Of a DNA stretch of 64,000 nucleotides, positions 39,291 to 48,974 are shown one piece after another. The DNA is taken from assembly GCF_001447785.1 (NCBI RefSeq), contig NW_015163136.1, positions 238,111 through 302,110 on the forward strand, written 5' to 3'. Under the pieces are notes generated by a model, which worked only from the letters and a program-made list of their open reading frames with translations, was not told the origin of the DNA and searched no databases. The translations under genes were made by a program, and so were the position numbers. Each line of letters opens with the position of its first letter. Position 1 is the stretch's first letter. The DNA is from Gekko japonicus (taxonomy: Eukaryota).

Positions 39291-39588
39291 CTGCAGGCCT
39301 TTACTGGGAGCCCCTTCCTTGGGCCACCTCCTTAGCCAGCGTTCTGAGCCTGGCAGGAAAGAAAGGAGAGAATATGTCAATATAGCAGTAAAGACTCCAC
39401 CAACTAGCCCCCCAACCAGTGTGCCCTCTAAGCTGATTTGTTGTGACCTAACGGACCAGCGATTAAATCCCTGGTGCACATCCGTCTACATACAGTCAGG
39501 ATGGCCACAAAGCATGCACTCGCCTACAGTAGCCCAATCACTCGCTGGCAAGGTCTATTTGTCAGTAGGCGGCATTATCATTAGGACT

Positions 39589-40145
39589 TAGGGTTGCCAG
39601 GACTGGGTTGGAAAATACTCGGAGGCTTGGAGTTGGATCCAAGCAAGGGTGGGCTTTGGGAACTGGGGAGGGGAGCATGGCACAATACCACCTAGTAAAA
39701 GGTAAAGGTTCTCTTGTTCAAAAGCCAGTCGAGTTCAACTCCAGGGTTGCGGTGCTCATCTCTGTTTCAAAGCCAAAGAGCCAGCGCTGTCCGAAGATGT
39801 TTCCGTGGTCATGTGGCGGCATTACTAAACACCAAGGCACTCGGAACACTGTTACCTTCCCACCGATGTGGTACCTATTTATCTACTTGCTAGGTTGGCA
39901 GGAGATGGAACTAGAAATGGGAGCTCACTCCGCTATGCGGCAACTCGGTCTCGAACTGCTGAAATACTGACCTTCACCACCTGCAGTTCAGCATCTTAAC
40001 CACTTGCGCCACTGCAGCTCCTCACCATGCCACCTAGCCCACCCTTAAAAGCAGACATTTATTCGGGGGGGGTGATCTCTATCAGGTGGAGCTCAGTTGC
40101 AAGTGCAGTAGATCCCCAGGCCCCACCTGGAGGCTGGCAACCCTG
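39589..40145. mobile_element. hAT-like MITE inside YR element 2, itself containing a Sauria SINE
   Basis: TAGGGTTGCC...GGCAACCCTG; TSD TTAGGACT/TTAGGATT. Confidence 0.8.
39696..40022 (-). mobile_element. Sauria SINE
   Basis: AAAGGTAAAGG tail (ACCTTT repeats on minus) and GTGGTACCTATTTATCTAC core; degenerate TSD CACAATACCACCTAG/CACCATGCCACCTAG. Confidence 0.88.
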
Positions 40146-42500
40146 TTAGGATTTATGTCCCATTTTCAGACAGCTATGTATTTGGTACATTAGTGTGATT
40201 ATGAGTAAGTCCAGTAATATCAGCTTTGAAGCCTGATGCCTACCCGGATCACCCATGGGCCAAACAAGTAGCCGGGCTGGTCGCTGTTGGGTTGGCACCG
40301 TCGCAGGAGCCTAAGGGCCCCTCTGTTGGTGGCCCGCCCTACCTGCAGTCCCCTGGGTCATATTCAGACCTTCCCCCACCACCGGGCCAGACACGGGGTG
40401 GTTGGCGCCATTTGCTGTGAGAGAGGCGCGGTGTAGCGCAATTTGGGAACCCACAAGCCCGGAGTCCGATGATTGCTGCTGCCACGCAGGTGGGTGCCAG
40501 GCCAGCAGCCCCTTCCCCCTCCTTGCCCCCACTGCGATCCCAATCCCGCCCAGGCAACCCACAGCGGTGAAGTCCCCCACCACCCGTGAAACAGATTCCA
40601 GAGGGCAGCGGCTACCTCCCGAGGCGCGACGAGCAGTTTTGGGATCAACGCAGCTGCCACGAAATAGATCTCCGAGGCAGCGGCTGCCTCCATTAGCACA
40701 AAGAGCATCTCCAGGAACCGACACGACTGCAGGGAAGAGGGCCTCTGAAGGCACCGAGAGACCCGACAAGGTAATCTACTGCCCTTTAAACCTCCCGCCT
40801 GGCAATCCCAATGGCAGCCTCATCCCCCTCCCCTAGTTTCCTCCAACCTGGATCCTTTGAAAGAGCCAGCCCCTCCAACCACACTGATCTTGCACCGGAA
40901 CCCCGCCACACAGGTCCTGCCTCGAGCTTTTCCATGGCTGGAATGGCCGCTACCTTGTGAGTACCACCTACTCTGGCCAGCCAGTCCTTTCCTGACAGGC
41001 CCGCGCTCCCGCACTGGGCCCCCATAGGCTCCGCCGCTCCCCCTGTTTCCATTCAAGAATGTGGGGGGGCGGGCAAAAGCCTGCGCTTGCCCAGGTGCAA
41101 GCACCGGCCATCTCTGCCCCTAAGCAGTCTGTCATGGAAGTCCTCTCAGGAGAAACTCAGAATCAAACCCTCAGAATCAAAACATGGGGGTGGAAAGTGC
41201 CATCAAGTCACAGCCAGCTTATGGCAACCCTGTAGAGATTTCAAGGCAGGAGATTGAACATAGGTGGTTTGCCATTGCTTGCCTCTGCATAGCAACCTAG
41301 GACTTTCTTGGTGGTCTTCCATGAAAGTGCTAACCAAGGCGAACCCTACTTAATTTCCAAGATGTGACAAGATCAGGTTAGCCTTAGAACAAAATGCCGC
41401 CAAGACTCTGCAATGATAAGGGGAAATCAGGTAAAATTTCTGCTCCCTCCCTTTTCCATAAATTGTCCCCCAACTCTCTACACTGAATTGTTGGAAGGGA
41501 GTGTATGTTTGGGTTTGGTCACATCTGAATCTGGTTGAAATATCTTTCAAATAAGTTACTACCTACACAGCCAGTACAGGTTATGCAAGTAAGTGACATG
41601 AGTGAGCACCCCTACGTATCACTTGTAGAGTGAACAGGTCTCCCATAATTATCAGTGCTAATCAGATTGAGGGAACTGGGACCAGAACCACCTTGAAGCC
41701 TTATGTACCCAAGTTTTATTGGCTCAGGTAATGGTGCCTCAGCTAGGCCTCCTTCAGCTCACTCTTAGTATGCTAGTATTATGAGGAATCAGGAACAGAA
41801 GATAAAATTGTTCAGGGTTTCTGGAGTGGGATGGACCCAAAAGTAGGATAATCCCAAAAGGTTTAGGTACTTTCACAAAGCAGGTGGGGATATCCTCCTA
41901 ATGATTATGTAGCTTGTTGCAAATCTTAAAGCTGTGGTTCTTGCTTAATCTGGGAATCTGAATCTCATCTATATCCACAGCATTAGCAGTTGTACATTAT
42001 AGTAATATTCAAGATTTATGCTAGACCCATATACCACCAAGACAAACATTGGTATATACGGGGATGTTATCTATGCTTCTGATACTGGACAGGTCACAGC
42101 AATCTAGTTAGACAAACATTACACATGAGAGATCAAAATTATGAAATACAGAATTCTAGAGCTAAAGAAAAATCTGGTATAGAATACGAGAGATCATAGC
42201 TTGTACTGGTTGTGGAGAAAATGCACAATCATATTTGTTTTCTTTTCAATGTAAAACTATGCCCTGGAACAAACCATTCTATACACAGTCAGATCATACA
42301 CATCCAGACTATGATTTGTCCTGCAAGCAGAATAAAGCTAAATATACCATGGAGCTTCACACACATACACACACACACGTTTAACAACGAGGTCTCTAAT
42401 GGGTAAGATCTGTTGCAGATCACTTGTAGAGCCTTTCGACAAAATTAATCATTAATAGAGCACTTGATTAAGTACTACAATAGCATCCATTCCCCATATA

Positions 42501-42856
42501 AAAGGTAAAGGTAAAGGTTCCCTTGCTCGAAAGCCAGTCGAATCCGACTCTAGGGTTGTGGTGCTCATCTCCGTTTCAAAGCCAAAGAGCCAGCGCTGTC
42601 CGAAGATGTTTCCGTGGTCATGTGGCCGGCATGACTAAACACCAAGGCACATGGAACGCTGTTACCTTCCCACTGAAGTGGTACCTATTTATCTACTTGC
42701 AATTTCTTGCTTTCGAACTGCTAGGTTGGCAGGAGCTGGAACTAGAGACGAGAGCTCACTCCATCATGCAGCAACTCGGGTCTCGAACTGCTGAACTACT
42801 GACCTTCCACAGCCTGCAGTTCAGCGTCTTAACCACTTGAGCCACCACAGCTCCAA
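42501..42856 (-). mobile_element. Sauria SINE, full length
   Basis: (AAAGGT)n tail, Sauria core, tRNA-like head; TSD TCCCCATATA (42491-42500, 42857-42866). Confidence 0.92.
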
Positions 42857-45800
42857 TCCCCATATAGAAACCCTCTAAAGTATATTATCCACAGGTGTAC
42901 AAAAAAAAGCCATAAACATTATTTACTAGTTATTTAAGGTCAGTTGCCTACTGATTGTGTCTTTGTTCAGACTGTTAACAACAGTACACCACTTTACAAA
43001 AAAAAGACATTAACAGTGCAATCCTAAACCAAGTTTTATCCACCGAAATCCACTGAAGTCAATGGGTTTAGAAGTGTGTAACTCTGTTTAGGATTGTACT
43101 GCAAAGGGACTCCTCTTTGTATTTTCATGGCAGCTGCATGGATGGCGAAGTAACAGTGAGGATTTACTTTTTAGCTTGGATCTAATAACATGTTCTGACC
43201 TTTTATAATTTCACTGAATAATGTGCCATGATCCAGAAACAGTGTGATCTAATGGATAGCACACAACTCCTGATTAGGAGTTTACTCCTGGACATGTTAG
43301 AAAGTTGAATATTTCCCAGTTGGCCCTTGCTTAAAAGACAGGTCTTTTGTTTCAGAACTCCCTTGGAGCATCATAGATATCCATCACTCCAGAACTTTTC
43401 GCTTCACAGCATTTAGCAAAAGAAGTGCCTCAGCTCCAGAAGGTTCCTTATTTCTGAAATGCCACTTTGATAACACTATGTGTAAGTCATCAGTTTCACC
43501 ATCTGTAAAATGAAAATTTGTATAATGTTTTTAGATTACAAAAAGAATTGGTAAGTATGATTATTATTCTAGGAGCAATGAAAATCTGGATCCTGGGATC
43601 ATCACAGCCATAAAACACATTGCGTCCAAGGAATGGAGATGGGAAGCACAGCTGCAAAAAATATGTGAACAGCTTTGGCAGTAGTTGAATGGCTTGTGAA
43701 CAGAAGCATAATCACTGGTTCCTTTCTATCACCAGTATAAATTGATATAACAACTTTCTCAGAGCATCCAGCCTCAGTTCAAATGCTGTACTTTAATGGT
43801 GTCACTGGCAGAAATATCACCAGGGGGGCTAGTAAGCTATGAGTGAACAATGCAGCAATTTTCTACACTGGCTTCCCATTAATAATAGCTCAAAGGTGTT
43901 AGAAAGCTAAGTCACTGCCAACTCACACTATGGAATAACATGATAATAATTACCCAATGCAGATAACAATCACAGCCATTCTGTTTATGATTGTGAGGGG
44001 GGGGGGGTGTTCTGTTTTTGAACAAGAATATCTTGTAGTTAAAAATATATCCAAAAATTTGAACAATAATGTATAGAAGCCTAAGATATGCTGTTTATTT
44101 CATATTACTTTAGGGCTGTTTAATTAGACTTACCAGATAGGCTGAAGAGAAGCTACCATGTCATTGTGCAAAATAATATGACAAATTGCTAGAGCCATGG
44201 TTTGGAAGTCTGTAGCCATTTTATACCTTGGAGGACTTGTATGTAGGAAAGCTTCCTTCTTTCTTTCATTTTCCTTTTAAAAAAAGTTTTGTCCCTTGCC
44301 TTTTCCCCAGGGAAGATAACCTTGAAAATATAAAATGATACAGAGTGATAAGTAAGGGGGGGGGGGCTAGCAGTTTTATTCTGCTTCAGAAAGAAGCTGG
44401 GGATTTGCAGGCATGCTTTCTATTAAATTAGTCATGATGGAGATTGTAACTGCTATGTACGACACAGTAAAATCTATATGTGTTTACTCAAAAGTAAGGC
44501 TTCTGTTCAACTGGACATACTTCCCAGGAAGTGTGCAAAGGATTGTACTTTTAGGCCTGTGAGGGAACAAGAGTCCCATGAGAAGTAGAGATTGGGGGAA
44601 AGCCTCATGCAGAGCAAAAACGACAGGAAATGCTGTTCATGACAAACAGGAATAGTCAGATGAGGGAGGCAGGGACTCCAGTCACCAGCATTTGCAGCTA
44701 AGGAGCAAGGACCAGCCAGAAGCTAGGGGCAGAACTTCATGTTTATTTGAAATAGTCTGGAAGATCTTTAGCTGTAGAGCCTTAGCTTGGTAATCACAAC
44801 TTTCATATGAAAGTAATTCTCCAGTGCTTTCTGTCTGACCTTACTGGCATATTCCACATCACTAATGGACTTTACATTTTACCACCATATTGTGCTTAAT
44901 ATGATTTCCAGTTCTCTTTTGGGATAAAAACGTTGCTAGTTCTCATTATACTTTTAAAGTGGTACTGTAATTGGGTTCCCACCAAATTACTCCTTTTTAA
45001 GCTTTTCCCTTAAGCATATTCTTGTAACACTCACAAAAAATAGTTACCCTGTTTAGTGTAATCAGAATAGCTTCCAGGCTTTTGAGATGTCTCTCTCAGC
45101 TGAGTACCTGTACTTAAACCTCAGGTGAAACTATAGTTTTTACTCACTGTAACACAATTAAACTCAAGTTCCACTGCTCCAGATTCAAAATCTGAACATC
45201 TGTCATGTCCCTTTTTAATGGAGGGCCAAGTGGCATGTGGAGACACTCTGCTGAATTTCCTAGGTAGAACTGTTTTTAGACTTATTCTTCAGAATTAACA
45301 GCATGTCAAACAGAAGTATGCAATACTAATTTATCCAAAATTAATGAAAATGCTATGATTTTAACTACCCGACTTGGAGCTGACATGTTGCAAATGGGTA
45401 TTAATAATAAATAATAATAAATAAATAACAAAGTCAACAAATATGTTTTAAGTATGTTGCAAATTTCTACACCAACATGTTTGCCAGTTAAGTATATATG
45501 GTTTGGATTTCCTAAGTTACTTGCAAGGCAAACTCCTGATTAGTAAGCCTTGGTGTTCTCTGGTGAAGTTAGTACTGCTTTGAGATACTTTGTTCCTGTG
45601 TAGCAGGGACTTTGCTGTTACAGCTTGCAATTGCTTCTACCAATTCAAGAACTAAATCATCTCATTTGCCAGAGAAGAAAGGATATACTCCAGTGTCATG
45701 GTTGTTCAGATCATTAAATTGACTGACTTATATAAAGCCAGGAATTCCTTACAGTTTTTGTGTCTTTCCAATCAGGTGTTTCCTTTAAATGACCAGCATA

Positions 45801-46256
45801 GGCTAGACTGCATTGCCTGAATTTGCACCCACGCAGCCAGTGGTAGCTATTCAACAAGTGACTGAAAGGACTGATCAGATCACAAAAGGAGCTAAGTTCA
45901 TTTACAGATACTGAAGGTACCCTGATGGACTAAGTAATAAAACTCCACTAAAAATCTCACAATGTGTTTTCTTCCCATTTTACTTTTTTAAAATCAGAGA
46001 CAGTAGCAGAAGTGTGACAGGGACAAGGAAGTCCAGTCATGCATGAGAGAAGTCATATTCCTGCAAGGAGACACATCCACATTCATTTGGACCCATCTGA
46101 ACAGCTTGCCTAACTACCAGTACCCTGCTTACAATTGGTGAGCAAGATATGAGCTGAACCAGAAAGTCTTTAATTATAACCAAAGAGTATTATATATTTT
46201 TTCAGGCATACAGATCATTTTGATACAGTTTAAACAAATAACAGTAGAAAAAAGTA

Positions 46257-46410
46257 AGAGTCCAGTAGCACTGTAAATACTAATAACATTTGTAGCAGGT
46301 ATGAGCTTCTGTGAGTCACTGCTCACTTCTTCAGATACAACTAGAATGTGAGTCCAGATGGACTCTTGCTCTTTTCCAGTACAGCAGACAGACTAACATG
46401 GCTACCCATC
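46257..46410 (-). mobile_element. Penelope-like element end remnant with a degenerate hammerhead-like motif
   Basis: Minus strand reads TCTGAAGAAGTGAGCAGTGACTCACAGAAGCTCATA: CUGANGA, a short helix GTGAG/CTCAC, and a mutated GAAA box. Confidence 0.55.
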
Positions 46411-47168
46411 TTAAATAAATAAGATTACTGCTCTTTTGTCTTATTCCTTCCAATTAATTACATAGGAAGGTACAATTTGAAAAAGTCTATATGCATAATG
46501 TGTAACACAGACGATTGTTCCTCTAGCATTTGAGGGCAAGCAGTACCTGGCTCTTCCTTGGTTGACTCCCAAGACCTGCAAGATCCATAGCAGTGAGAGG
46601 AAGAGACTAGAGTAGTGGTTCCCAAGGTGGGTGGTATGGTGGGAATGGTGGGGTTACTTAGAGGCAAGTGTATAGAAATATTACTTCTAAATTCTCATGC
46701 CTTCTTCCTGTGATGACATTCTGACATTCTGTGTGTCTTTTCCTGTTGCAGGCCAGATGGCCTAGTGTGATTTCTGTCACTTGACCAGATGGCTGAAACA
46801 CCAAATAGCCATGCCATATAATCATGCCAGATACCCACATTCCTTAACACCTCTCTGTTGAGAGCCAGACTTGAAGGCTCCGCTTGTATGGCCTACATGG
46901 GCCATGTCACGTACACAATGGAGAAAGCTGGAAGTTGGATCACCTGACTGCAGGCAGGGCCTCTAACTTCTTAGCCAATCCCCACACACCTGATGTGGCA
47001 GCTATGGCAACCAGAAATTGTTCACACACCCCTGCCACTCGTGATTGGCTGATGGCCACAGCTGATGGTGACTGGCATGGGGTATAACTCCTTGGTTCTT
47101 TAGGGAAGAGCCCTCTTGCTCTCTCTCTTGCTCCTGGGATCCTGACTTTTGAAACAAAGAGTTTCTTT

Positions 47169-48974
47169 TTTTTAAAGCCCCCGTAGGGGATTTTTTTTTA
47201 ATATCACTACAAAAACTACAACAGAAAAGGGGGAGGGAAAACTACATTTACGGGATAAAGCAAAGAACCCACTACTAACTAAAATCCCAAGAGGGGAGAT
47301 CCTCCAACTAGCTTAGTTACATTCAATCTTCCATTATTTATAACATTATAAACTGAGTCAAGCATTTAAAGTTAATACTTTTCTTTTAAGCTTAAATTTA
47401 AACTGTCTACAAATAGTACCCCCGGTCATCCCGTTTCAAAGTTCACAAAGGCACAATTCAGAGTCCTTCAGCCTCCTTCAGCCTTTACTTCTCCTTTCCC
47501 CATCTCTTCCGCAACTTATAAGGACTTTTTGGGGCCGCTTCCCCTTGTTCTGACAGAGAGTCCTCTCCGGAAGAACCCGAGTCTAGCTCGCCACTAGACT
47601 TGCTGTCCTCTTCTTTTTTCCCATCCTCTGGTCTTCCCAACTGAGCCCTTAGGAATTCTTGAGCTTTTGGAACAGAGTCAATCTTTTCTTTTTTGTCCTT
47701 AATCTTGAAAGTGACGCCTTCTGGAAATAGCCATTTATATCCAATTGAATTTGTCTGAAGAAAAAGCACAAGCTCTTTGTACTTCTTTCTTCGTTGTCTC
47801 ACTTCAAATGGAATATCCTTTAGTGTTCTGATAGTATTCTCCCCCACTTTCAGGGGTACTCCAGAGACCGCTTTCAGGATTGCGTCCCTCACATGCCTCT
47901 TCGAGAATCTTACAGTGATTTCCCCAGGCACATTATTTTTCTTTATATAACTTGAATATGATCTATAGACCACATCCATGTCATTCAGTAACGCATCCGT
48001 CTTCATTTCTGTCACTGGGGCTAATGATTTGCTCATCAATTCTTTGAGATTCTCTCCGTTGTTCTCTGGCATGCCCTGGAAGTGCAGGATCATGTTGGCC
48101 TTTTCCATTTGCACTTGCAACAGTTGATCTTCCATGGAGGTTTGTTTCCTTTCCAGGTTTTGCACTTTTTTCTTCACCTTTTGAGTTGTTGCAGCAGTAT
48201 CTTGCTTCATTATTTGTAGCATATCATTTATCTGGGTTTGTTGCACAATAATACTTTGAGTCACAATGGACATCTGCTCCTTGAAGTTATTCAGCTGTTT
48301 CAACAGAGGACGCATGTATTCTGCTATAGACTTTGCCAGCTCACTGGTAACTTCTGGTTTAGGGCTCTCCGGTTTTGCTTTCAAAAGTTTTTCTTTGTCC
48401 TTCTTCCTCGCCATCTTTATCATTTGTTTACTTTCACAATTTTTTTAAAAGTCTCTGAATGTGCACTTCCTCGCTTAGATTCGCTTTGGTAAGTACTTCT
48501 AGACAGTTTCCTCTGCATTTTCTTCCACTCCCCCCCTCTATCGCTCAAAAATCAATTCGCATGAGAGGTGTCCCTCCCACGCTCGCCTTTCTCCGTTCAG
48601 TAGAGTGGGGTGGGGAACTATCTTTTCCCCTTTAAAACGCTTCAAAACTGACTCACGTTCATAATTGGTCATTCGACCTTGCTTTCAACTTCATTTCTGA
48701 TGCTCGATCTCCCACACTTGCCCGGGTCAGCGTCACTAAATCACATTCGGTCTTACAGCATGGAGAACTGTCGGAACGAAGAGGTGCCTCAATTCTCCAG
48801 CATTCCGCCCTCAAAGAGGCAACCTCTTAGAAGTTCCATGGCCAGAGTCCCTTCCTTGGGTCTCGGGGGGGGGGTAAGTGAGCCTGCGCACCCCCTCCTT
48901 CGGCTGAAGCACAGCCTCACCCCGGGGAGGTCCAGGAGGTGAGTCTGCTAGTGTGCCACCATAGACCGGAAGTC
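47169..48974 (-). mobile_element. Complete ORF1-only L1-clade retroelement (HAL1-like), 1.8 kb
   Basis: Perfect 17-bp TSD AAACAAAGAGTTTCTTT (47152-47168, 48976-48992); 5' start GACTTCCGG; ~550-bp 5' UTR; ORF1; ~310-bp 3' UTR; ATTAAA; short A tail. No ORF2 sequence seen. Confidence 0.88.
47485..48423 (-). CDS. L1 ORF1p-like protein (coiled coil, RRM, CTD), 312 aa, uninterrupted
   Basis: Basic N-terminus, heptad-like segment, ILHFQGMPE..ENL, DVVYR, PGEITVRF..RDAIL, LKDIPFEVRQRRKKY, YKWLFPEGVTF: the layout of the Transposase_22/L1 ORF1 family. Confidence 0.88.
   Translation of the reverse strand: MIKMARKKDKEKLLKAKPESPKPEVTSELAKSIAEYMRPLLKQLNNFKEQMSIVTQSIIVQQTQINDMLQIMKQDTAATTQKVKKKVQNLERKQTSMEDQLLQVQMEKANMILHFQGMPENNGENLKELMSKSLAPVTEMKTDALLNDMDVVYRSYSSYIKKNNVPGEITVRFSKRHVRDAILKAVSGVPLKVGENTIRTLKDIPFEVRQRRKKYKELVLFLQTNSIGYKWLFPEGVTFKIKDKKEKIDSVPKAQEFLRAQLGRPEDGKKEEDSKSSGELDSGSSGEDSLSEQGEAAPKSPYKLRKRWGKEK

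Larger units (their letters stand above)
36092..41077 (-). mobile_element. Ngaro-type (DIRS order) tyrosine-recombinase retrotransposon copy 2, degenerate
   Basis: RT, RNase H, YR and SGNH in the same order as copy 1; GC-rich 5' region; boundaries inferred from TTTGCCC/GGGCAAA inverted ends. Confidence 0.88.

Noticed and set aside
47485-48423. Domesticated host gene such as L1TD1
   Set aside because: Flanked by a perfect TSD and A tail with TE-like UTRs, which indicates a recent retrotransposed copy.
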